From positions 124,001-188,000 of the forward strand of contig JAKMXF010000199.1 in the NCBI GenBank assembly GCA_024704765.1: 64,000 bases of DNA, written 5' to 3'. The notes under the pieces were generated by a model. It saw only the letters and a program-made list of their open reading frames with translations. It searched no databases and was not told where the DNA came from. This stretch comes from Oopsacas minuta (Eukaryota; Animalia; Porifera). Position 1 is the first letter of the stretch; every line of letters begins with the position of its first letter. Below are positions 23,398 through 36,461 of the stretch, piece after piece. A program made the position numbers and the translations under genes.

Positions 23398-26114
23398 CAT
23401 AGGCGTAGCGTAAGTATGGCAAGGTGGGGCATGTGCCCCACCACTTTTTATGCAACTAATCTAATGAGACTTTATATTTACAAATTAGTTTGGGCACGTA
23501 GTATTTCGCAATGGCTGCTCAGATCGAGAAAGACTCGGAGACTGAGATAGCTAGGGACAGTGAAAGCGAAAAGAAGACTCAAAGTACAAATTTCAAACAG
23601 GCATCACTCTTTACATTGTGGGGGGGATCCGGGAGAGATTCAGCTTCAAAGGACAGCGAGACAGCCAGTGCCGACTCGCAAGAACCCGTTGAAGGTATTG
23701 ATTCACCAGGACAGAACCAAAATTCCGATTCGAGCAAACAACTTGAACGTATCGTCAGTGATGGTCACAGTGGTGGAGAGTCAGACCCTCTAGATCCAGC
23801 CAATGGTCCAATTGCTGCTAATCAATGGGAGGGGCCATATCAACCAAACGATGTGTGCTTCCCTAGCAGACAATTGGGAGAGAGTCTGCGAAGTTTCCGA
23901 TCTGAGTGGTTTGTTGGTCGCCCTTGGTTAGAATACAGTGTAAAGCTTGACTCTGCCTTTTGCTTTCCATGTCGGCTGTTTGCTGCAAGTCACCCAGGGT
24001 GTGGAGAGCCAGCATTTACGCACACAGGGTTTCGCTTCTGGAAGAATGCAACTGAGAGATTCAGAAATCATAATGGTACAATTGTGCATCATTCTGCAAT
24101 GACTGCCTGGACTTTAGCCAAGACACAGAAAAACTCCATTGCTTCTCAGCTTAGTTTATCACACAAGGCACAGGTTGAGAAGAATCGTGCACACCTACGA
24201 ACTATTTCTGAGACTATTCTTTTTCTTGGGAAGCAGAACATTCCATTACGGGGTCATGATGAGGCAGAGTCATCGATTAACCGTGGCAATTTTCTCGAAA
24301 TTCTGGCATTACGAGCTAAGGATAATAAAGACCTACTTGGTTCCCTTTTTTCGCACCGAATCAAATATACCAGTCCTCAGATTCAAAACGAACTGATTTC
24401 TATCATTGGGCGTTTGATTCAAGAACAAATTGTGAAAGAAGTACATGACAGCCAATACTTTGCAGTGATGGTCGATGAAACTATGGACATTGCCAACATT
24501 GAACAGGCTGCCGTTTGCGTACGCTACCTTTCTATAAAAGGTAGCAACGCTATTATACAAGAACGTTTTTTGGGATTCTGGAAATGTGCCAGCACAACTG
24601 GTGAAGCATTGTATAATCTCCTGAAGTCTGTCTTATGTGAGCTAACTCTGTGCCTTCATAATGTGCGAGCTCAGTGTTACGATGGAGCAGCAAACATGCG
24701 AGGGAAATATTCTGGACTTGCTTCAAGGGTACAAGAGGAAGAACATCGAGCGTTATATATACACTGTCATGCTCACCAATTAAATCTTGTTCTTTGCGAA
24801 GCTTGCATGAACATCAGAGAAGTCAGAAATGCCTTGGATACTGTCTCCACACTATATAGTTTTATTGAGGGTTCTGCAAAGCGTCATCATCTGTTTCATG
24901 AAATACAAGAAAAGTTGGGAATTAGTCGATCAGTTACATTGAAAGCACTGTGCGAAACACGTTGGTCATGTCGTTACAGGGCTATACATGCAGTGAAGCT
25001 AACATACTCTGCCATTCTCCAATCTTTAGAAGACATTGCTGAGCATCATGCTGCCAAGTCAGGTGCTGATGCTGCATCTCTTTTGAGACACATTTCAACC
25101 TTCGATTTCTTAATCATGATTGAGATTTTGGACTACCTATTTGCAATTACTGATTCCTTTTCTCGTGAACTGCAGTCTCAAAATCTTGACATATCTTCTT
25201 TACAAGGGAAAATACAAAGTGTAATAGACTCTCTAACTTGTATCAGAAATGGGGACTTCTTCCACCATCTTTGGAGTAGTGCAGAAAAACTTGCTGAGGA
25301 CCACCAACTAGACCCACCATCAGAGCCTCGAAGGCGGAAAGTTCCCAGATGCTTTGACGATGGATCACAAAATCATGATTACTCGTCTGCTGAGGACCGT
25401 TATCGGACAGCTGTCTTCTATGCTACAATTGATATCCTCTTATCAGAACTGAAAGAACGCTTTGCAGAGAATGATTATGAAATATTGCGTAATATTAATG
25501 AAGTGCTACTGAAATGGCAGCCAAATTCACACCTCATACAGAAATTGTCTGAGTTTTACGACTTTGATAGTCATCAACTGGAGTGTGAAATGAGAGTTTT
25601 CTATTCATACGTAAAAAATAATATTATTAAAGACACCCCGAGTGTTCTAGATCTGGCTCAGCTATTCGTGGATGAGAACCTGAATGTGATGTTTCCCCTA
25701 GTATGGAAACTGATCCTAATAGCTGCATGCATACCTGTATCCACAGCATCTCCAGAGCGGTCATTTTCTGCATTGAGGAGACTAAAAACATACCTTCGGA
25801 GTACAATTGGGCAACAGCGATTGAGTGGATTGGCTTTAATGAACATTGAGGTTGAGGTAGCCAGAAGTTTGGAAACAGAACTTGACTTGATTGTGGGCAA
25901 GTTTGCTTCTTCAAGTCAGCGGCGCTCTGAATTTTATTGATATTGTTTTAGTACATAATTATATAGCATAGATTCATGTATACGATTAGTTGTGTTAATT
26001 AGAGTTTCGCAATGGAATATCCCTGAGCGGCTGAGCTTCCCTGTTTTGCGCGCGGGATGGGGAAACTCCCCTTGTATGTGCCCCACCACTCACTTGGTCC
26101 TAGCTACGCCTATG
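23398..26114 (+). mobile_element. hAT DNA transposon, apparently intact and autonomous
   Basis: 12-bp perfect TIR cataggcgtagc / gctacgcctatg; perfect 8-bp TSD GACATACT (23390-97, 26115-22); subterminal palindrome ggtggggca-tg-tgccccacc (23423-42). Confidence 0.96.
23511..25940 (+). CDS. hAT transposase (TTF zinc finger, DUF4371, DDE core, dimerization domain), 809 aa, uninterrupted
   Basis: WLEYSVKLDSAFCFPCRLF, LRGHDE, YTSPQIQNE, MVDETMDI (D), QCYDGAANM (D), HCHAHQLNL, ETRWS, TASPERSFSALRRLKTYLRST (E). Confidence 0.93.
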   Translation: MAAQIEKDSETEIARDSESEKKTQSTNFKQASLFTLWGGSGRDSASKDSETASADSQEPVEGIDSPGQNQNSDSSKQLERIVSDGHSGGESDPLDPANGPIAANQWEGPYQPNDVCFPSRQLGESLRSFRSEWFVGRPWLEYSVKLDSAFCFPCRLFAASHPGCGEPAFTHTGFRFWKNATERFRNHNGTIVHHSAMTAWTLAKTQKNSIASQLSLSHKAQVEKNRAHLRTISETILFLGKQNIPLRGHDEAESSINRGNFLEILALRAKDNKDLLGSLFSHRIKYTSPQIQNELISIIGRLIQEQIVKEVHDSQYFAVMVDETMDIANIEQAAVCVRYLSIKGSNAIIQERFLGFWKCASTTGEALYNLLKSVLCELTLCLHNVRAQCYDGAANMRGKYSGLASRVQEEEHRALYIHCHAHQLNLVLCEACMNIREVRNALDTVSTLYSFIEGSAKRHHLFHEIQEKLGISRSVTLKALCETRWSCRYRAIHAVKLTYSAILQSLEDIAEHHAAKSGADAASLLRHISTFDFLIMIEILDYLFAITDSFSRELQSQNLDISSLQGKIQSVIDSLTCIRNGDFFHHLWSSAEKLAEDHQLDPPSEPRRRKVPRCFDDGSQNHDYSSAEDRYRTAVFYATIDILLSELKERFAENDYEILRNINEVLLKWQPNSHLIQKLSEFYDFDSHQLECEMRVFYSYVKNNIIKDTPSVLDLAQLFVDENLNVMFPLVWKLILIAACIPVSTASPERSFSALRRLKTYLRSTIGQQRLSGLALMNIEVEVARSLETELDLIVGKFASSSQRRSEFY

Positions 26115-26344
26115 GACATACTTTAGAGATAATTATGTCACATTCCATTGAAATTTACTTCTACAATTTTAATGGGGAAATATACTATAAAGTTTCTTGT
26201 AATTTTTTAGGTTCAACCAATTACCTTATTGCACATCAATATCATTGAAAACAGTCATTCCTATCGATATTGACCCCAAAATCTCTGGTTAAATGACATA
26301 TATATTTGAAATTATAATTGGGGAATGGGGGTGTTGTCAAGAGA

Positions 26345-26375
26345 TTGGCCGCCCACTTATATAGAGGTTCTACTG
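26345..26375 (-). repeat. Isolated pogo/Tigger-like MITE terminus
   Basis: The reverse complement reads TA|cagtagaacctctatataagtgggcggcc. No partner end found. Confidence 0.4.
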
Positions 26376-27619
26376 TATATTTATTGACAATTATTATCAT
26401 TGAAGAAATGTGTAATATATTTTTGGGTTTGTTTGTGCTTTCACAGTAGTGGAATTTTAACATTGGATATTTTTAACGAACTTTCGTGCAAAAATATATT
26501 ATAAATATTCGGTTGTTGCTGTACAATAGAAATATAAACTATACAATTTCCCCAAAATCCTGCAAACATCTACGATTGTGGAATATTCTTGTATGTGGTT
26601 TGTATTTACATACTGTACAAAGTATTTGTATTTGTATTTGAAATTTCTCAACCTTTGTATTTGTAATTAAATACTTTTCTAAGTAATTGACCCAATTTCT
26701 AATCCATAGTCCACTGGCTTTACCTATTCATCCGACCCTGTGTACCAGATCCCTCGCTACAGGTAAATTTGCGGGAACACTATATTAATATAATTCATTT
26801 TAGGCTGTGATTGCCGGAAACGGTGCGCAACTTTTCTTCTTGAGGTACCGGCAGCAAGTTGGATGTGGTTTAACCCATTTTGATGTAAAGGCACATATTT
26901 TCAAGGCTATGCCAGTGGCGAAAATCTACCAATAATAGTGGTTAAGAAAGAAAATAATGGAGAATTAATGTACAAATTGCAATAGGATCATCTACCAACA
27001 CAAGTCATGGTCGCATATTTTGAACCCACTCGGTTGTCCAAATTATATTATCCCATTGGATTTTCATTAAATCAATTTCTCTTAATATGTAGTCTCGTTA
27101 TTCTCGACAAGTTTTTTGGTCCTGTGGGGATCACAATAAGCGACCGACTGCAACCCTGAGTGTAATAGGTAAATACATGGACGGACTGCCTCGTAAGCTG
27201 TATCTACATGTACACTACACAGGAATAAAAATTTTTACATTCTAATCATACAAAATTCTAAAATAGCTATTTAGGATAATCTTTGTAGCGAAATAATACC
27301 AGATAAACTTTCGATATTCAGGCCCTATAAGAGGGTAAAATGATAGTGAATGTGTGTATTTGCTTAACAACACAATGTTGATTAAATTACAATTACTTCG
27401 TTTATTTGAGATATAAAATGAAGAAATAAATATATTAAAAATGTCCCACATATATTGCTATATCCAATAGTCTTAGCAACCTAGGTTGCTAGAAATCATT
27501 CAGCGACCTAGGTTGCTAGTTAGACAGGCTATTATTATTTTCATTTCAAATGAATATATTACCAAGATGAATTTAGTTGTAAAGAGGGTGTCCATTTTCA
27601 TGTTCTCAATTCCTGATTT

Positions 27620-30600
27620 TTTTCTTACTATTGAATCCAGTTTTATTTTTATTTTCACCTAGAAATCTTAATTCATAGTCCGCATCTGTTATGATATTTG
27701 TTGTAATGTTAAAGTTACTTGTATTCTTAGTGAATAAATGGGTCTTAAGTGTTATTGAAAGTGTCAATGGAGGTAGAGTTTCTGACATGAACTAAAAGAG
27801 AATTCCGAAGCCGTGGGGCTGCGATAGAAAACTACTGATCCCATAGTTCCGTAATCTTGATCTAGGCTGCTTAAGTTGATTAGTACTAGATGATCTGAGA
27901 TTATAAGGATTTTCACATAGGTGAATCAAGTCACATAATATCCTCGACAATGACCATAAATAACTTTATAGGTAACCAAGAGTATCTAAGATTCCATTCT
28001 TGGTAGCCAATGAAGGCTCTCTAACACCGGAGTAATATGATCAAATTTCTTAGTTCCTGAAACTAAGCGGGCCGCAGATTTCTGAAGTATTTGTAGTCTA
28101 TTGAATACTTTATCAGGGAAACCAAAAAAACGAATTATAGTGGTCTAGTTTACCTCTGTTCAACTAATGAACCAGTTCTTCTTTGAGTTTTTGTCAAGAT
28201 ATTTAGCAATGTATTCAATACTTAAAGGTAAAGCAGCAGAACTACAAAATTTGCTCATATGCTGATTCATTGATAGATTATTATCCCAAATAACACCCAG
28301 AATGCGTAACCTCACAGGTCTCTAAGATTCAGATATCGATCAAAAAGATACAGTTTGTTCAAAACCTAGGTGGAGTGATAGAGTAGTATCTCTACTTCCA
28401 TAGTATCAATTATTTACAATATTTCATCGCAAAACGAATTTTGTCATAATTTTATTTTTTCACCAAATTCTTAACTGTGGTATTTACTCTTTGAATTCAA
28501 TTATGCCAATTTGTAGTGTTAAATATATTTTAAGAATATCTCCTTTACTTGTAATTTCTTCACAACCTTATAAGTATCTATTCATACGCCCTCCCTATTG
28601 AACTATATTTGTTGTAAATATGCATATTTGATACCAAAATAATAATTACAAAATGGCATCTGGTGGTACAATTTCAATTTGAACATATGAAAGCGCGGCA
28701 GATGGTATGTCGTAATTGTTGTGTTAAAGTGGGAAACAATGGGTTAAATTTGTCTCCAATGCTATTAAAAATATACACAGAGTTTATATCAGACAGCATC
28801 GACCATCTCAGCTGCATATTACCGACAGTCATCTGTAAGACTTGTGTAATTTGGCTTGAGAAAAGAATAAGAGTTTGATTGCTTGAAATATTCCGAAACC
28901 TTATTCTTGGACCTTGCCAATAAAGAACACCAGACTCTATGATGTGTTTTTGAATCTATGTCTGAAGATGATATATGTATACATCAGGATAGTTTGAAAA
29001 TCTATAACATCGGAAAAAGTAAACACCATGGCGCGGAAGTTTCGAAGGGAATTCAATGCGATTACTACTGGAACATCATGGAGATCTGTTTTTGAATATG
29101 AATTATCATGCCTTCATAGCATTATGAAGATTTGATTATGTAGTATCTTCGTGTTTGGGCAGAGCCAGATCTACTCCAGAGTTTCATGAAAGGATCTTTG
29201 AATTTGAAGAAGCATACAAAATGTGTGGGATTTCTTGGACCATGAAAGTACACATAGTATGCCGACATTTCGTTCCCTTTCTGCTAAAATATTTGCATAC
29301 AGATAATGGATTGGGTGTAGTATCAGACCAGGCATCAGAATCTAGTCATCATCATTTTAACAATGTGTGGAAAAGATACAAATCCGGTGAGGATACGGAA
29401 GAATATGGTGAGGGATTATTCAGCGCAGTATATGCGAGTTCGATTTCATATCTCTTGCTACTGATAATGCTGCAGCTGTTTGGGAAGAATTACAAGATGA
29501 AACTGAGATCGATTAATTTGATAAATTACAAGTACACTGATATTATAACATGTGAACAAATATATTTCCAATATTTTAGCTTATGTCAAGATTTTCATTA
29601 TGGATTTGTATTAAACACTACTAATTGGCATGTATTGAATTCAAAGAATAAATAACACACAAAATAAGTGTTAGAAATGAAGTGGAAAATACAATTGTTA
29701 CAAAATTTGTTTGCTTACGAATAATTTTAAAAGATTCATATTTTGGAGGTAGAGATACTACTGTATCACGCCAGCTAGGTTTTGAACAGACTGATATTTT
29801 TGATCGATATCTGAATCTGAGAGACACGTGACCTGTTACAGGCTGCAAAATTGTAGAGCAAATCTCAATACAAGTACATGCAGGTGTAGGCTTAAATTCG
29901 GAAGAAAATACAAGAAATTATACTTTGAATTAAAAAATTACTTATTAACAGTGAACCAACTACACAAATCATCTAAACAATCCTCAAGAGAGTGTAAAAG
30001 TTTTCACGTTTTGATTGCTGTATTGAAAAGTAAATTTGAGTATCACTTGCATAAATGATTCCAGTCGATCCTTCCGCTCTAATAATATCTTCTACTGGAG
30101 ACATGTATAGATTAAATGTAATTAACCAAGCACAGATTATTGAAGAACCCCAAACTTCGTAATGATAGAACCTGAGCCTGCACCGTTGATATCAACAATC
30201 TGTTCCCTACTAGTCAAATGGGATTCAATCCAATCCAGGACTTTTCCAGACCATCCAATTCTGAACTTTTAGCGTTCAATAAGAATACTGCGATCAACTA
30301 TATTAAAAGCGCTGATAGATCCAGACAAACTAAAGCAACCTCCTTACTGGCATCAAGTGAACAACTTTATCAAAGCAGTTCTAGCTGAATGAAATATACG
30401 ATAAGCATATTGCATGCTAGGGTACAGAAAATTATTAATGAAATATATGTCTGATTGATCGTAAGCAACTCTTTCAATTATTTTTTATAAAAACGGTATA
30501 TTGGCAGTTGGTGTATAATTAGACACCTCATTTGCCTCAAGAGAGAATGTTTAATCAAAAGGTGTAATCAATGATTGTTTTAGGAGTTTCGGAAAACAGC

Positions 30601-32270
30601 TGCTGTAGAGAGGTATTAGCAATGCGGAGAAGAGGAATATATAGAGTATCAAGGCATAATTTAAGGACACACGTAGGACTGGAAACAGAACCACATGATT
30701 TATTTGACGCCTTTTTAATAAATTGATATAAGTCACTCGATATCACTTCCATAAATCCAGTGAAATTATGACTACAATAGACAATATCAGTTGTACTACA
30801 TCATTGCTTGTCTGCGAAAAGTCATTTCTGAGTGTATCAATTTTGGAAACAAAAACTCAGAGAATATTTCACAGTGATACATTAGACTGAGCTTCTGTCA
30901 GAATATGTGCTTTATCAGCCGTTAATCTAGGAACCAATCGAAAAAGCTTCTTATCATTGTCACAGCTCTCAAATTTCCTAAATAATGTACTCGTTTAACA
31001 TCTTCCAGTAGTTCCCTATAAACACGACATTTATTTCTGAACAACACGAAATTTTCAGATGCTCGTTCCTAAATATAGTTTCTTTAAAGTCGCCGCTTAA
31101 TTTCTCTAAGATCACTTGTATGCCACTGAGAAAACGGTCGGCTTGTCATAATTTTATGAGTTAGTGGGGCGTGAAATCCAGAACAGCCCATAGGTTATGG
31201 TTATACTTATCGACTAAATAGTCAGCATGATCATCATCAGAAGACTCAGCACCAAAAAGTCTTTAGCTTCAAATCATGTATAACTTCATCAATTTTGATT
31301 GACTTGATCTTCCTCGTGGTTATCTTAATGAAATGCAAACGAGGAGAAGGGAAACAAAGTTTAGAAATAACATAAAAGTGATCCGAAATGTGTCAGAAAA
31401 GGTTTGTGTTGAAATAATATAATCAGAGTCCTTCTACTTTGTAATAACAAAATCCAGGGTATGGCCACACCGATGAGTTGGACCATAAACATGTAAGTCA
31501 AACGTGGTCAATATTTCATTGAAGAGTATGGTGTGTGGATTAGATGGAGCATCTAACTGAATATTTAAATCATCAACCAAAATTACTTTATTGCTAGAGG
31601 TAAATAACCCGTTCAATTAAATAGGAGAACTCTGGAATAAATTGAGCTAATGTCAACCCATTTGGATAGAAGCTGGCGGACGGTAAATTGAGATAATTCT
31701 GAAAGATACTTTTCTCGTTGACATAGTCAATCTAAGTGCTCAAAAGAAAAATATTTTGGCCCTATATTCTTAATAGAACTCAATCCAGGGCTAGGAATGA
31801 CTGCAATGCCACCCCCACGAGCAGGATGTGAAAATTTAGTTATCTTGTGAAGAGGTAGAAGGCCACTGAGGATAGAAAGTGAATAATCATTATCATACTA
31901 CAGCCAAGTTTCACAGATAACTGAGACATCTAACTAATTCGAGGTAACCATTGCAGGCACAGACATAATCTTGTTTTTACTGAGCCTGCGTTCCGTATAC
32001 CAATTTTACAATCATGCTGTCTATGAGCACGCCATACATATGATAAATTCGAGAAATTACGGCATCTGTGACCAGAAACTTCGATTCCAAAGCACAGGTT
32101 TTTGTTCCGTTTAAAACACGGATAGTTCGGTCTTGCTTTGTAAATAGGACTGATACATCGTATATTCTGTATATCCTTTCTGCACTCTCTAACCTTAAAA
32201 CTATAGTGCCACCCTCTTCGTTTAAGATACAAAAGGCAATCATTTACACCACAGGAATCCTGATTTAATA
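27620..32270 (-). mobile_element. Decayed L2/CR1-like LINE (APE endonuclease + RT), interrupted by a Chapaev insertion
   Basis: Minus strand: NAGSV..ETWL, DDLNIQ..GPTHRCGHTLDFVITK (APE); NYTPTANIPF, HSARTAL, SAFNIVD, YASDTQIYF (RT); LRILGVIWD, LQKSAARLVSGTKKFDHITPVLESLHWLP, LKTHLF (3' end). Confidence 0.88.
28313..29830 (+). mobile_element. Chapaev (CMC superfamily) DNA transposon, internally deleted
   Basis: CAC...GTG termini, ~85-bp imperfect TIRs, 4-bp TSD ACCT (28309-12, 29831-34). N-terminal H-X7-C-X2-C-X34-P-X3-C-X2-C Chapa-type finger (28663-28878); C-terminal KVHIVCRH..GLGVVSDQASESSHHHF..WKRYK. Confidence 0.85.
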
Positions 32271-34819
32271 AATAAAAGTAAGAGATTACGTTAGGGCGTA
32301 AAAAACTAAAAGAGAAATTGAAAAGAAGAGAGAACAAACAAATAGCATATAGAGCATACTTAACAGGATAATCCAAACAAAAAATTATCTAATTAACTAA
32401 CCTTTTTTAAGAAGAATTTGTAATGAAGTTTTGATTACGCGGATGGTTGTTAATTGTACATATCCACCAAGCAAGTATCAGCTCAGTAGACAATTTTGAA
32501 ATTAGCGAAAATTCCCTATGTGAATGGATTGATATATATCGCTGTCCCTGATCTCAAATTTTAATGACTACAATTGCCTTATTTATAGATGCCATCAATC
32601 AGTTAAGAATGAAGAATTTCTTGCTCTTGGCCCAATGATCATTTTGCATTAACTCATGAGTCCATATCAGATATTGACATCATTTGTTAATCACCTATAC
32701 CTGTGTATTTTGATGGTCATGATACTTTTTTATCACCTACAATCTTGATCAAGCAAGTGGTCTCCATCTTCTATTGTAATACAGAAATCGATGAAGTTTA
32801 CTTCAAGGTTTCTTATTGGAAAAAAATAATGTGAGATAGATCTGCCTAGCAGTGATGGCGGCCATCATCCACTGGCAATATCGCCTGTATGTGTTTCCTT
32901 GATAAACAACAATTCCTTTATTAGATAAACTTACCTATTGACATGGCTGTCAAGACACCCTAAAGAAATTCATGTAAACCCTTCTGTAATTCTACGACTT
33001 TATAATAGCGACAGAGAATTCAATTCCTACAGACTTAATGATTTATGCATGGACACTCACGAATATGTTGTAACCATCTTCCATTGAGCGAATATAACAG
33101 CTTCCTTACATTAATATTTAACTCATTCTTCTGAACTAATTCAAACTTGTAGCCAAGGACGTGGGTTGTATTCATTAGCTATCATATCAAATGTTAATGG
33201 TCAATTAGCCAATGAAAAATTCCTATGATCTCATGATTAATCATATAATGGCACCAGATAAATTTTTACCTCAAAAAATCTTTTCTCCATAGTCCATTTT
33301 CTATATGTCAATAAGAGTGTCTTAATTTCTCTATCTGGTATTAGTTGATTTCTTTAGAATACAGAATTGCTATGTTAAACTCTCTTTATTGATTATATGC
33401 TCTATCCCCAATTACTTCATTTATTTGTTGACAAATATGGAGTTGTCTGTCGATTTCTTTTCGCTCTTTGGACGATTTGCTTCCCTTTCTTTCTAGCATA
33501 GTTTTCCTATTTCCACCTGGACCCACAAAAGGGAGTATTATAGGATGATATTTGTGTAGTGGATATGAAATGACTATACTGGTAGTAGATATTTGCGATA
33601 ATATAGTTTAAACAATAGCACATTTATTGAATTTTGGATATTCGGAGAAGAGAATTCCATAATACATTAGCAGAATGCCAAAGGACTTCTTAGAGTAATA
33701 GTCTCAGAAGAGTGATAATCAGCCCACTTGATGAAGAGGTGGTGATAGGATACGAATGTCTAGTAATCTTTTAGATAAAATAACGCAATTATATTGGGGA
33801 GCGAGGGTATTATAATTTGGTGATTGACTAATACCCTAATTGAACGTAGTAATAGTAAATATTTATTGACATAGTACACTGCAGCTGAAGTCCATACCGC
33901 AAGGCACAAGTATCAGTGATTGTATGCATCGCTATTCTGAAGACTGTGAAATGCCATTAGAAGAAATAATCTCTAACTGAAAGACAGAGATTACGTAATC
34001 TCTACCTGTAGCTAAAATTGTAATGTATCCGCTGACTGATTGGGATACAGCGTGATCTACTTGTCGGTCGAATTGTAACCGTTTCCAATCTATCAATTTG
34101 CCCTTTAAATATAGACCGAGTAATCCTGTAGTCTGTGTCACGTCGAGAGGATTAACTCGTTCCCAAAAATTCTCTTACGCCTCATACTACTATCAACTTC
34201 GGTTTGGAGAATAGATAATTGAGACGCCATGATTTCAGAATCGTGAAAATTTGGATAATTACTATGAGTGAAATGAGTTCTAAATTTTTCTAAAGTTTCA
34301 AAACTTTATCTGTTTCTATAGAATAGCAAGAAAGTACATAATTGTTTATGAATAATTCCATAAATATCTAAGAATTATAATTCTCAATGGTAAAATCGAT
34401 TCTAAGAAAATTCTAATTCTAATTCTAAGACAAATTCATGGAAAGTTAGTGAATGACCCCTATATCGATCTATGGAATCTATTAATTTTGATTACATTTA
34501 TTTATCATATTATTAATCATATTTCCTCACATTTTCTCATTTTACATTCCAAATCGTCCTGAATTGAGACAATAATATCTTACCAAGTGAGGTATTATAG
34601 TCGAGAATTTTGGCATTTTTTGTGTGTATATAATCGTGTTAGACATTTGAAGTGAGAGAATCTAATTATTTTCTCCTTTTAACTCTGTTTAGAGGGGAAT
34701 TATTAATTTTATTTGTTCAAATTTTGCCTGCCCTGGTTGATATTTGAGATTATATTTACTTGTTTGGTAAGGCTCTTATTCTAACCGGTGCTTAATTCTG
34801 TTTATTTTCTAAATCTTAG

Positions 34820-36404
34820 ATCAATGATCAGAGTTATTAGACATGATCAATATGGAGAAGAGATGTCTCATGTCAGTTATGATGATGTCGCTGATGAATG
34901 CGATTACAATTCAAATTCGGAACCCAGTTCTCCAGACACTCTAAAAAAGGATTCTGTACTGTTTGCCCCAGATCTTAAACAAGGTGCAGCTAGATTAGAC
35001 TATGTCCCAAAGTCCAACATCATTGAACTTATTTTGGGAAGAAAAGATAATCACATTAGCGAAGAATCTCGCCATAGAAGTAGTGGTGAATTACTAGGGA
35101 AATCATCATCAAAGATTAGAGATAATGTTTTAGTTTCTCGAAATTTACAATTTTGTGAGAAAGGTTCGCCTCCACAAAGTCCGTTTCCACCGCTTCCTAT
35201 TATATCAACTACACAACATCAGTTACCTAATATCTCCTCAAATACGTATTTGTCTTCAAATTTTCCTTTGTTTTCAAATAATCATGGTAGTTCCATGATA
35301 CCTTTTTCTACTGGCCCTATTGGATCCCAAAGACAAACATCTAAATTTATGTTTAGCAGTTCTAATTCATCAATTGACCATCAGCATTATAAGGATAATT
35401 CCATATTTAGGAATACTCAAAATCCTAGACAAAAGCTACTGTCTAATTCATCAAATTCACCTGCTGGTGGGCAGTTTACAGGACAATACATTTCCCCGTT
35501 GTCAATAAGTACCACTTCTACTTCTTTAACACCTAATAACATTATTCACAATGATGTCCCGGATACAACAAAAAATGCTTTAATCAAGCAAGAGAAGCCT
35601 GAAGTTAGTTCTCTTAAAACTTCTAATTTCGATTGTTTGACTCCATGTTCTAATAGTCCTTTTATTTCAAGGAATCTATCTGGTCCTTCTAATATTATTA
35701 TCCCAAATTGTTCTAATCGTGTTAAGCTGGATTCTCATGATAACGACGTATCCAAGGGTCTATTTCTGCACCCTCAGCAGAATAATCAACTTCAGCCTCA
35801 ATTTCCATTGCTGAACCAAGTTGATCCACTAAATAATTCACAAATACTCTCTATTTCGAACCAAGCTTCGGAAGAGTATCAAACACCTTCTCAACCAGTG
35901 TCAACCTCATGTATTCAATTGCCGCACTTGAATGGTTTACATACCTTATTAAATAATAATATCATTGTTGCTCCTTTACAGGAAAATCGATTAAATAATG
36001 TACATCCTACTCCCTCAGTTAGTAATCCATTGGAAGCAATTCCTTATACTTTTGAACATAACAAACAAGTTTATCAACAGTATTTATCCTACCTACAAAA
36101 TCAGTTTTATACTCAACAGCTAAATGCTCTTATTCTATCTCAAATGCAATCCCCCACCCAGCCAATTCATGCACACATGGCGCAGGCACAAATGAATTTA
36201 CAAATTTCTCAATCTTCACAGCTCCCTTCGCATGTTAATTCGTCTGAAAATCAGTCAGCTGGAATTCGGGCTCAAGTTCAATCCTTGCCACTGCCAGGAA
36301 CTAATCTTTTTTCTAACGATTCCCTCACCCAGCTCTCAACTTATCCTTTTGCAAATGATCTTGATCCCGTTACAATTAACACTAAAAATTCAGAAAAGAA
36401 TTAA
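34820..36404 (+). CDS. RERE: RERE-like probable terminal exon, S/N/Q/P-rich low-complexity region
   Basis: Acceptor tttattttctaaatcttag ends at 34819 and completes the phase-2 AG|A (Arg) codon from 18157 in the frame of the 538-aa ORF. Stop at 36404, AATAAA at 36456. The link rests on phase and position, not on sequence similarity. Confidence 0.7.
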
Positions 36405-36455
36405 TGTTTTGCAAATGATTGGATTATATTATCACTGTCTATGCTAATTGTTTTG

Positions 36456-36461
36456 AATAAA
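36456..36461 (+). promoter_or_regulatory. Candidate polyadenylation signal
   Basis: AATAAA ~50 bp after the stop codon of the last exon. Confidence 0.4.

Noticed and set aside
23489-23511. Splice fusion of the RERE exon into the intact hAT ORF
   Set aside because: The phase-compatible AG (23487-88) leads to an in-frame TAG at 23499-501; the AG at 23500-01 is in the wrong phase.
23511-25940. Calling the ORFs ZMYM1 (and likewise GTF2IRD2, KRBA2, THAP9 for other elements)
   Set aside because: TIRs, TSDs or decay show these are transposons, not the domesticated genes.
30870-30876. Other CACAGTG heptamers (also 23766 and 45253) as RSS-like ends
   Set aside because: No partner end, second box or TSD; a few are expected by chance in 64 kb.
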